NCBI RefSeq assembly: GCF_001194135.2
Contig: NC_068983.1
Coordinates: 129,649,468 to 129,713,467 of the forward strand
Reading direction: 5' to 3'
Length of the DNA: 64,000 nt
Source of the DNA: Octopus bimaculoides
Taxonomy: Eukaryota
Below, in pieces: positions 12,436 to 23,815 of this stretch; position 1 is the stretch's first letter; every line of letters begins with the position of its first letter. A program made the translations under genes and the position numbers. Below the pieces are notes generated by a model. It made no database searches. It saw only the letters and a list, made by a program, of their open reading frames with translations, and was not told the origin of the DNA.

Positions 12436-13225
12436 AGTGCGTGTGAGTGTATGTGCGTGTGTATATCCCTGTTTGTGCGTGTGTATTTTGTGTGTGTCCA
12501 TGAGTGTGGGCGCGTGTATATGTGTTTATGCATGTGTGTGCGAACGAGGGGGTATATTGGGTGGTATAGGTGCGTACATTTTGCGCGTGTATGCATGTTC
12601 GTGTGTGTACGTGTGTATGTGTGTGTGCGTGTAGTTGTGTGTGCGTGTATATGTGTTGCGTATGCGGGTGTGTATACGTGTATGCGTGGGCTTGTGCGTG
12701 TTAGGAATGTGTGCGTGCTTGCGTGTGTGCATGTGCGTGCGTGTTCTTGCCCATGGGTGTGTATGTATGTGTATGTCAGTGTGCATATGTGTGTGTGCGT
12801 ATGTGTATGTGCATGAGTACATGTGTGTATGTGCGTGCGTGTGTATGTGTGTGTGTGAACGTGGAGATGTGTGTCGGGTTATGTGTGCCTTTACTTGCGC
12901 GTATGCACGTGTGCATGAGTATGTATGCGTATGTGGCTATGCGTACGTGTGTACGGTTATACGTGTGTGTATATAGGTATGTTTGTCTGTGTGTGCATGG
13001 GGTTGTGTGGGTTAGGTATCTGCGCATTCCTGTACGTGCGTATGTATGTGCACGTGGGTGTATGTGTGTGTTTGTGTGTGGAAGTATGTGTGTGTATATA
13101 TGTGCATGTACGTGTGTTGCATTTGTGTGTGTGGTGCGTGTGGGAGGTATATGTGCGTTTATGTGTGTACACGGATGTATGTGTTTTTTTGTGTGTCGGG
13201 GCATGTACGTATGTGTGTTTATATA
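11850..13225. repeat. ~1.4-kb degenerate (TG/CG/TA) alternating purine-pyrimidine simple repeat
   Basis: Continuous gtgtgt/gcgtgt/gtatgt runs. These produce the His/Thr- and Cys/Val-rich ORFs in the track. Confidence 0.95.
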
Positions 13226-13339
13226 GAAAAAAAAAAATTATAAAAAAAGGTTGAAAGGAGATCAAGAAGTTAATGCAATATAAAATGGCGCAATTGCAAG
13301 CACGAAATGAAAAATGAGATAAGGTTGCTTAGTTGCAGG

Positions 13340-13900
13340 AAGTGTAGAGGCAGTCAATAGGAGGGGAGGTTTGTGTTTGTCCGAAAGGGGATAGTAGTTC
13401 GTAGAACATAGATATACTGCTGTTCTAGGTGGAGTCGTGTGTGTGTGCATCCCTAGAGTAGGGCGAGCCAAAGACAAAGATGTTAGAGGAGTGTTTGTGT
13501 GGCTAAGCGGAAGTGACGGGCGAGGGTGGGGTTCGCACGTAACAGGATATCCCTTAGATGTTCGGTGAACCGGACGCCCATTCGACGGCCCGTCTGACCT
13601 ACGTATAGTTTACCACAGATGTTGCATCTAATACAGTATATGAGGCTGGAAGTGGTGCAAGAGAAGGAATTTCTTATGCGAAGAGTTTGCTGATTAGAAC
13701 CAGTTAGAGAAGTGGTATTGGTGATGAAGGGGCAGGTGCTGCACGGGAAGGATCTGGGTGGGGTTGGGGGGGGAGAGGACCAGAACGTCGCGTAGGTTCC
13801 GGGCGCGTTTAAAGGAGGACAGGGGTGGGTTAGGGAAAATGGTGCGGGTGGTGGTATCGAGCTGGAGACGACGGAGGCCCGTAGAATCCTCCAACTAAAA
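13340..13900 (-). mobile_element. Penelope-like element remnant: RT C-terminal linker plus GIY-YIG endonuclease
   Basis: Minus-strand translation LQLDTTTRTIFPNPPLSSFKRARNLRDVLV, then (frameshift) CPFITNTTSLTGSNQQTLRIRNSFSCTTSSLIYCIRCNICGKLYVGQTGRRMGVRFTEHLRDI..LARHF. Confidence 0.92.
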
Positions 13901-14226
13901 GGTAGTGGGGAGGGGTGTAAAATAGGGGAAAGGGAGTGTGGTTAGGGGCTATCGGTTATCCAAATAGCGAACGAAAACTCAAAAGGGAAAGTGAGAGATT
14001 TTGCAAATGAGAATGGAAAACTCCGCAGTCAATTCAATGAATATTTAAATTTGCGAGAAATTGGAGTTAAAAACTTACAAGAAACTTGAGAAGTCGAACT
14101 TTTTTAGAATATGAATTTATAAAAATATTTAAAGGCGGTCAACCATTTAATAATTGATTTTAGTACTTTTAGTAATTGTTGCATACCTAATTAATAAAGA
14201 GCATTCTGTATTATAGTAAACATTTA

Positions 14227-14287
<61 letters not shown>
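14227..14287. repeat. (TAG)n microsatellite
   Basis: About 20 uninterrupted agt units, grading into (GCA)n. Confidence 0.97.
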
Positions 14288-14289
<2 letters not shown>

Positions 14290-14764
14290 CAGCAGCAGCA
14301 GAAGCAGCTGTCATTGGTGTAATCTTCATTGCTGTTGTTGTTGTTGATGTCGCGGGGATGGTGCTGATGTCGGTGGTGAAATAGTTTGAATTATTGACTA
14401 TGCCAAATGTGTATATAATAGTCATACATATATTTGCCTCACTTTTAGGAGAAAATGTTTTTAAAATATATATAATAGTATTTATTCCTGAATAAGATAA
14501 CTCGGATTTAATGACGGTGCAAAATGTTCAGATATGTCGCATAGATGTATAATAATATTCAAAGGTCGTTTGCATTTTGTTATCTTTGGTACTTCTGACA
14601 TTTTGGTCAGGGCTTCCGTTGTAGCTTAATCAATTGTGTGAACCATTTGCTCTGGCATTTAACACAGAATTTTGGTGACAGCTTACATCGACTCTCCTTG
14701 TTGCGTTTGTATTCTCCCATGGACGCAGGTGTGAAATCGATTCGGTTATTTACGTGTGTGTGTG

Positions 14765-14865
<101 letters not shown>

Positions 14866-15012
14866 GTGTGTGTATGTGTGTGTGTATTTGTGTGTGTGTG
14901 TGTATATAAAATGGTGAACATTTAAACAAAAAAAACTGCACTGAACAAGGCAGTTTTACACGATAGAGCAAGTAGTCTAAGTGACCAAATCCACATATAA
15001 GAGCAATTTTGA

Positions 15013-15225
15013 GGGCGGTGAGCTGGCAGAAACGTTAGCACGCCGGGCGAAATGCTTGGCGGTATTTCATGTGCCGTTACGTTCTGAGTTCAAATTCCGC
15101 CGCGGTCGACTTTGCCTTTCGTCCTTTCGGGGTCGATAAATTAAATACCATATGCGTACTGGGTCGATCTAATCGACTGGCCCCATCACCAAAATTCTCG
15201 GGCCTTGTGGCTAGAGTAGAGAAGA
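15013..15225 (+). mobile_element. tRNA-derived SINE with an 18-bp target-site duplication
   Basis: A-box-like agctggcagaaacg and B-box-like gagttcaaattcc. Identical ATATAAGAGCAATTTTGA at 14995-15012 and 15226-15243. An older inverted copy lies at 23650-23815. Confidence 0.92.
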
Positions 15226-15424
15226 ATATAAGAGCAATTTTGAAAGGAATGAAAAAAAAAAAAAATTACCTTGTTATTATTTTTCATTCTCTTTAAAAAT
15301 GCACTTAAACGTGGTTTTGGCCGTTTCGACTAGTTCTAGCGTGTAAAACTGCTTGTTGAAATCAGTTTCTCTTGTGTTTAAATGTACACTATTTTATATT
15401 GATAATATGTTTTATCTTTTTCTC

Positions 15425-15620
15425 TTTCACTCTTTTATTTGTTTCAGTCATTTGACTGTGGCCATGCTGGAACACTGCCTTTAGCCGAGCAAAACTACCC
15501 CAGGACTTATTCTTTGGATGCCTAGTACTTATTCTATCGGTCACTTTTACCGAATCGCTGAGTTACGGGGACGTAAACACACCACCATCGGTTGTCAAGC
15601 GATGTTGGAGGGACAAACAC
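15425..15620 (-). mobile_element. SINE 3' half (same family as 4113-4310)
   Basis: Minus strand reads tgtttgtccctccaacatcgcttgacaaccgatggtgg..tttacgtccccgtaac..gatagaataagtact..catggccacagtcaaatgactgaaacaaataaaaga, adjoining an (AT/AC)n tract. Confidence 0.85.
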
Positions 15621-16142
15621 AGACATGCAAATATATATACACACACACATACATATATATATGTATATATATATATATTTATATATATATACATTAACAT
15701 ACATACACACATATCTCTCTCCCTCTATCTCTCTATCTATCTGTCTCTCTCTCTGTATATATATATATATATATATNNNNNNNNNNNNNNNNNNNNNNNN
15801 NNNNNNNNNNNNNNNNNNNNNNNNNNNNNNNNNNNNNNNNNNNNNNNNNNNNNNNNNNNNNNNNNNNNNNNNNNNNNNNNNNNNNNNNNNNNNNNNNNNN
15901 NNNNNNNNNNNNNNNNNNNNNNNNNNNNNNNNNNNNNNNNNNNNNNNNNNNNNNNNNNNNNNNNNNNNNNNNNNNNNNNNNNNNNNNNNNNNNNNNNNNN
16001 NNNNNNNNNNNNNNNNNNNNNNNNNNNNNNNNNNNNNNNNNNNNNNNNNNNNNNNNNNNNNNNNNNNNNNNNNNNNNNNNNNNNNNNNNNNNNNNNNNNN
16101 NNNNNNNNNNNNNNNNNNNNNNNNNNNNNNNNNNNNNNNNNN

Positions 16143-16190
<48 letters not shown>

Positions 16191-17995
16191 ATATATATTC
16201 AAATACAGACACAAACACTTATGTATGCTCTATTACTGTACTGATTATTTGGAAGTTTCTCACCAGCTGCATGAAAATTTTTACAGAAGATTTAATATGT
16301 CATTTATAATCCTAGAGATCTACTTCGTGTTTATCCCAATGTTGTTTAAATAGAACTTCCTACGTCTTCATATTTTATGACCTCAAGCTTTATGATGGGT
16401 GTATTGTTGCTGATATTTCTGAAGGTCACCACTTTCAGACTACGGTGATGCCATGTACATTTACTTTCTACATTTGTGTTGGAGTTAAGTAGTTAACAGT
16501 GCAAGTTCTACCATTTTTTTCAGTTCTCAAATACAATAGCGTCGAGGGTGCATGCTTTTGTCGTTACCATTCGAGATTTTATGAGGCATATCTAAGTATG
16601 TAAGTAGTAACGTACGTATGAATGTACATACGTACCTATATATGGATATACGTATGAATGTATACACCAATGCATGTATGTCTGTATCTGTGTCTATACG
16701 ACAAACCATATATCAATATATATATATATANNNNNNNNNNNNNNNNNNNNNNNNNNNNNNNNNNNNNNNNNNNNNNNNNNNNNNNNNNNNNNNNNNNNNN
16801 NNNNNNNNNNNNNNNNNNNNNNNNNNNNNNNNNNNNNNNNNNNNNNNNNNNNNNNNNNNNNNNNNNNNNNNNNNNNNNNNNNNNNNNNNNNNNNNNNNNN
16901 NNNNNNNNNNNNNNNNNNNNNNNNNNNNNNNNNNNNNNNNNNNNNNNNNNNNNNNNNNNNNNNNNNNNNNNNNNNNNNNNNNNNNNNNNNNNNNNNNNNN
17001 NNNNNNNNNNNNNNNNNNNNNNNNNNNNNNNNNNNNNNNNNNNNNNNNNNNNNNNNNNNNNNNNNNNNNNNNNNNNNNNNNNNNNNNNNNNNNNNNNNNN
17101 NNNNNNNNNNNNNNNNNNNNNNNNNNNNNNNNNNNNNNNNNNNNNNNNNNNNNNNNNNNNNNNNNNNNNNNNNNNNNNNNNNNNNNNNNNNNNNNNNNNN
17201 NNNNNNNNNNNNNNNNNNNNNNNNNNNNNNNNNNNNNNNNNNNNNNNNNNNNNNNNNNNNNNNNNNNNNNNNNNNNNNNNNNNNNNNNNNNNNNNNNNNN
17301 NNNNNNNNNNNNNNNNNNNNNNNNNNNNNNNNNNNNNNNNNNNNNNNNNNNNNNNNNNNNNNNNNNNNNNNNNNNNNNNNNNNNNNNNNNNNNNNNNNNN
17401 NNNNNNNNNNNNNNNNNNTATATATATATATATATATATATATGCGTATGTATGTATGTGTGCATGTGTCTATATGTATAAATATATACACATATATGCT
17501 AGAATATATATATGAACATCCACCTTCGCACTTGCATATAGGCTACCTCTGTGTTCTCACGGCACACACACCGCCTGTGCAAAAATCCACGCACACTGTT
17601 CAACTCCATAACTGACAATTTATTCTATTAATGCATACATAATTTATTATTTATTATTCTAGTAATGCATACTTATTTCATTACTTATTGAATGAAAATT
17701 TTTAAATACCCATACAATTTTTTAACACGGAATAGCTATGAGAAGATCCTAGAAAGTTGGGAATTACTTCTAGAAGAAGAGGAGAAAAAAATTACCGACA
17801 AGTAATTTGCACCTTATTCACAGTTTCCAAACACTCTGTACCACTAAGCCAATATATACAGAAAGATGTTGCACGAGCGACTTCAACAGTGAGATACTCG
17901 CGCACACATACATACACACACACAAATGAAACGCAATAAGCATGTGTGTGTGTGTGTGTGTGCGTGTGTGTGTGTGTGTGTGTGTATGTGTGTGT

Positions 17996-18032
<37 letters not shown>

Positions 18033-19545
18033 TTTGTTTGTTCGGCTGTCAAAACACCGTACAGCGTTACTTATGCGAAATCTTTTCACTGAACAGTTTG
18101 CAGATTCAAAACGAAGAAAAGATGTTGACACAGATGGAATTTCAATGTTGAAGTGAAACTGGTATTACTTAAATACATAGGTCCCTTAAGGATACTACGT
18201 AAATGTAGGGGCACTACCTTAATACAGATGTTACGTACAAAACTTTCCAATTGTTCTCTGTGTGGACGTGTGATATAACACCCTAATCCTAACAAACCAT
18301 TATACTAGCCCTAACCATAAAAAAAAAACTAACACTCCCCTTCATATTATTACGTAGATGAATCACGACATCTGTATTTAAAATGTGCTGTGAAGACTTG
18401 CAAACATCTACGCTGCAACTGTTTTTTTTCAGCACAGGGTCTCACAGCAAATTACTTGCTATGCAACTATATGTCTGTAATTTTTGTTTTATTCACTGTG
18501 GATACGTGCCAGTAATGACCTTCTCAGTCTCTCCAATATTTTAACTTTTAAACAGAAACAATCTGGAGCATAAAATTCATAATTTCGAGGGACAGGATGG
18601 AAATATTGTAAAACATCAATACATGCGAGAGTGATAATGAAACGAGGAGGGTTGTCTTTGGATATGCTGGAAACAATAAGCATATCACTCTCAAATCACT
18701 CACTTTTCCCTCTGAAAATATAAATTTTTTTTTTTTACTTTTACCGAAAATCTTCTTCCATGGTTTTGAGGTGCAAAAAAAAAAAAAAAAAGCATTGCCA
18801 AAAGCGCTCTGGAGTAAGATGACCAGGGAGGGGATGATAAATAAAAGGGTGTTTACAAGACTTTTTCATACAAAGATGTCACCCCACCCAACATCATCAT
18901 TTTGGAGACTGTTGAGTAAATAAAATTAGGAAAATCTCTGAAAACATTTTCCTCACAAATTTATTTATAATCGTAATCTATGCCGTTTCAAAGGGATTTG
19001 TATAAATTTTCAATAAACGATATCCGTCTTCCAGAAATTTCCAAGGGGAAATTGTCAGACCGTGTGAAGTTTCCAAAACTCGTCTCGAAAGAATCCTTTC
19101 TCATACATCTCTCTATACTCTGAAGCCACGACATCTACGCGGTACTTAATAGCAGGGATTGTAGGAGAACTTAGAATGATGAAAAAAAGAAACTGAAGCT
19201 TATTTAATTATGATCCCTGGCTTACCATCCATGCAAGAAGTGCAAAAGATTTTCTTAAAATATTGATAAGAGCATTGTCGCTGGAAATCCTCTTACCTTT
19301 TCCTCCCTTTATTTTATTTGTTTACTTTTCTATTTCCTATTTTTTTAAATTTTTCCCTCTGTCTTCTCCTTTTTCTCTGTCACATGACTCACTAAATGAA
19401 CACTCTGGCTTGCTAGTTTCAATGGCCTACCAACGTATACAGTATCTATTTCTGCCCTAGTTGTCAGGAAGACAGTCGGCAAGAAATGGAAACAGGATTG
19501 AAAGGTGCTAATCAAAATAATACTAACAATAAAACTATAATAATA

Positions 19546-19603
<58 letters not shown>

Positions 19604-19613
19604 CGACGACGAC

Positions 19614-19685
<72 letters not shown>

Positions 19686-19718
19686 AATGATGATGATGAT
19701 GATGACGATGATGATGAC
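19546..19718. repeat. (ATG)n microsatellite with an internal (ACG)n block
   Basis: Directly visible; source of the poly-Met and poly-His ORFs. Confidence 0.97.
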
Positions 19719-20044
19719 AGTGATAATGATAATTAGGTACCGAAAATAAACAAGCTAGCACTGTAAAGGCCACGTATATTTCTCACCAAATAATTTTCTT
19801 TTGCACAACACGAACGTTTTCAAAAAGCCAAAATGGTTAGTTATCACTCCAAGGAGAGAGTTGTAGGCACAGATATTTATACTAACTGTCTTGTAACTAA
19901 CACACACTAATTCAAACTTCCATCCATCCATCCATCCATCCATTCTGTTATCCATCCACCCATCCCTACAACAATCCAGCCATCCAACCAGCCATAATAC
20001 TACTACTGCTTTTGCTCTTGCTGCCACTGATGCTGCTGCTGCTG

Positions 20045-20221
<177 letters not shown>

Positions 20222-20839
20222 TACATTGGAAGTTTTCACAAACACAAAAACAACGAACACCGGCAACTAAAACGACAGCAAATCAACACAGGAATGAAAC
20301 ACAATCTGAAAAAGCACACACTCCACACGTTATTTGTGGCTACACAACATTACCTAGCTAGCGACAAAGAAAACAGCCATGACAGCACTGTCACCGTAGC
20401 TACGGAAGTAAGGACAAAAGCAACGTTCTCTTTTTTTTTTTTTTTTCATATACCGAAACTATCCACTGAATAAGAATACGAGTGAGCACTGAATACGCTG
20501 AGAACTCATTCGGTATGATAGAAAGTGCAGTTAAATCACCTTTAAATTGCTCCTAGCATCTTAGAGAAAGGATACATCGAACAAAGTATGTATACAATCT
20601 GTCGACGTGAACAGCCCATATAATTACTGCAATATTCTGCCCTGCATAGGCCAGTGTGATATCTGTGAAATTGGCGTCCTTATGCTCCGGCCGCCCACCA
20701 ATATAGGGCTGGTGTTGTATTTGCGGTGACCCTTTACGTGAAAGTCTCAAATCAACACACTCAGGGAGCAAATACTGTATATAATTATTCCATTCGTCAC
20801 TGTGGTGATAACTACTTCTAATCCAAGACAACAGATCTC

Positions 20840-22620
20840 CCATGTCCGGCAGGGAACCCTCAGAGTGCAATAGTGTGGAAGGTGAGACACTGCTCGGTTG
20901 TCGTCCTTTTACTGTTCAAAATATGCAATGTGCTCACGAACGCAAGTGGTCAGTGGGTATGAGCAAAAAGATACCTAAGCACCATGAATACGACTTGGTA
21001 GACAATTGCAATGTCGAATGTAAACCTGTCAGAAAAAAAGATCATCAGGTATTTGCATCCAGTTGGATATTTTCTAGATTATTTAAAATGGGCTCCCTAA
21101 TGAAGAAAGAATGATTCAGCATAGAGGCCTTTTAAATGAAATCCAAATTCAGACAATCAACAGAAATCTCTTTCGGAGGATGCTATAGGTGAAAATCAAC
21201 GAATGAATAGTCAAGGTAACTTTGTAGTAGAGGAGAGGCTAACCAATCAATAGAAGGTGGAGAACACTGTATAATGAGTAGTTATGACTGAGGAACAGAG
21301 AGACCTACTGATAAGTCTCGAGAATAAAATGTCTACAGATACAGAAACCGATTTGAGATGCTATGACAGTGACAATATGAAACGCGTAACCCAAAAGTGC
21401 ATTTCAACAAACAATCAATCGAAACAAGGTACTTTATTAGATCCGCTTCTGTTTTAGGAGTTTAAATAGTTGGAAAGAAGAGAAGAAAGCAGGTGAAGGA
21501 AGGAACATTTGTAGCAGCTGAGAATTAAAGGTTATATAAAAACTTTCGTAAAGATCCGACTCGCATAGAAGAATTGTCCCAAAAGGCAATGGCAGCATTC
21601 TAAAGAAAGTGTAAAGGAATATCTTTAAACAGAACACCAAATAAAAAGGATATGGCTCAAAACTTTTATAGCAACGCTAAAAGATTTTTTTTCGTGTAAA
21701 AACATTGAAGGGGCAATGCTAGACTGATTGCACATCATAGTTCCAGCAAAACAAGTTATTTACAAATAACCAGAGCCATTTTTTAAAGAGCTTTGTGAGA
21801 GATACAGAATATAATATACCTCTGGCAGCCGAGGAAATTCCAACAAATTTGGAATAACAGATGGTGGGGAAATGTTTCCAGCAACTATAGTGCTGAGTGC
21901 TTTCACTCCGCGATATCCGACCTCCATCAACCCGTGGCTCCACGGCAGGAACATATGCGCATAATAATGGATGATGTAATTGCACAGATATCAAAAGTGC
22001 CAATGTGAAAAGCGACAGCACCATACGGAATTCAAGGCTCACCTGGTTTAGTTAAACACAAAGGAATTACTTTGCAATTAGACTATTGCCTAGAATCTGG
22101 ACCACTTCCAAAATGGATTGTAGAAGGAAATACAACATTGTTGATGAAATATTGGTCAATGGGCAATGAGGTAGGCAATTACCAGCTCATCGCACGTCTT
22201 AACGTCTTAGTGTTACTATGAATCCGCGTAGGGAAAATATATTCGTTCCTTGCAGAAATCATTATACTTCCGCTAGAAGAAAAGAGGGATGCCGTAAAAG
22301 AATCAAGGGCACCAAGGACCAACTTGATATAGACAAGGTTGTAATGTAGAACTCTAAACGGTACCAAACACTCTTCTACATGATCTGGATAGACACTCAA
22401 AACTCTTACGGCCTGTTGCCACATTTGTGGATTCTGTAAAGACTGGGCAAGTGTGAAGTAGCTGAGAACGTGAGTGCACTGAATAGGAAAACCTTACTTA
22501 TTGGAAAACACGTATTTTTTTAACAACCAGCACTTACCCAAGATTACAATCAAAATAGGCATCTTCCAGGGAGATTATTGTTCACATGTGTTATTTGCTA
22601 TAGCCTTGATTGAAATCTCA
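20840..22620 (+). mobile_element. R4/Dong-type (RLE) non-LTR retrotransposon remnant: N-terminal region plus RT
   Basis: Fragmented translations RKWS (20941), GIQG (~22030), LPKWIVEGNTTLLMK (~22110-22150), GCRKRIKGTKDQLDIDK (~22290-22340) and IKIGIFQGD (~22512-22538). Many stops and frameshifts. Confidence 0.85.
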
Positions 22621-23099
22621 GTAGTTTTACATAAATCAACACGTACAGTCGCATCTTGACTACCAGCCCTATACAGATACTGATTTGATACAATCACAGT
22701 TGTTTGTGACTCGGTAATGAATGAAATGTCAAATAAATGCTACCTTCGCAACTGTGTTAATGATGACGACTCTCTAAGCAAACGTATCTTCCAAATTAAG
22801 TGTCTCGCTATGCAGTAGAACGGGCATGGTCGTTTTTCTACTACTGCTACAAGGTTTAGGAGTAGATTGTTTAGAAATGATAATACACCTACCACGGAAT
22901 GTAATAAATAAATTTAAAGGAAATAATTACACCTGTGATCATAACAAATTGCGTTTATGGAAGAATATAGGATGAAAGAGCTTACAACTATTAAATCATG
23001 CACAAATTAGAGAAAGAACTTACCTTTGATGGGAATCGAAAAAACAAAACGTACTTAAATTCGCAAAGAACCTGGAGAAGCTCTTAACTAAAGTATTTT

Positions 23100-23600
23100 C
23101 AAATTATAACACATGTAAACGACTTCATGTTGCAGTAGGAATTCCTCGGCTGAAAAGTCAAGGAAGAACAATGAAGAAAAGACTTGTTGAAAATGGAGAT
23201 ATTTGATTCAAGTGGACATTTTAATACAGATCTTGAAAAAACCAATTAAGTAATTCAAAAGAAGGTAGTGAAAGGCAGACATTAGAAGAATGAGCTACAA
23301 AGAAAGTACATTAGTGGAGAGGATTATAACTAGCTATAGAAATGACGTGTGAAAAATGAAGGCGCTATCAGATAAAAAGGAAAAAAAAACATTATCAGCA
23401 GAACTGGCTCTTTAGAAAGAGTGGAAGTAAAATATGCCAAGTTGAAACAAGGAGCATTAAAATCAAATGATGGCGTACCAAATGCTGACACAGCAGGGAA
23501 TATCTGGTGAAATATTTTGAGCAAAGAGGTTCATTAAAACAGTGAAATACGCTGCTTTCAGAAAGTTCAAAAAGAAATGGAGAAAGACCCCAAAAAAGCG
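23100..23600 (+). mobile_element. R4/Dong-type ORF remnant (pre-RT region)
   Basis: YQQNWLF and PNADTAGNIW*NI.SKEV, comparable to YNQNSLFRVDQ in the 30-33 kb copies. Confidence 0.6.
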
Positions 23601-23649
23601 AATATAAGCGTTGGATTCAAAGTTAGCCATTTCGACAGCAATGTTTGGA

Positions 23650-23815
23650 AAAATGTAAGTTGATTACATCAACCTCAGCGCTCATCTGGATCCTATTTGA
23701 TAGGCCCCGAAAGGGTGAATGGTAAATTTTACCTCGGCAGAATTTGAATTCAGATCATAAGGACGAACTGCCTTTAAACATGCAGCCCAGCAGCTAAATA
23801 TTTTACCTGCTCACC
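23650..23815 (-). mobile_element. Decayed SINE of the 15013-15225 family
   Basis: ccccgaaagggtgaatggtaaattttacctcggcagaatttgaattcaga is the reverse complement of the core tctgagttcaaattccgccgcggtcgactttgcctttcgtcctttcgggg. Confidence 0.8.

Noticed and set aside
12028-13254. Cys/Val- and His/Thr-rich ORFs up to 262 aa
   Set aside because: Translations of TG-type simple repeat, which lacks stop codons by composition.
18280-18320. CCCTAA-like hexamers (also agggttagg at ~200)
   Set aside because: Only two or three scattered imperfect units; not a telomeric array.
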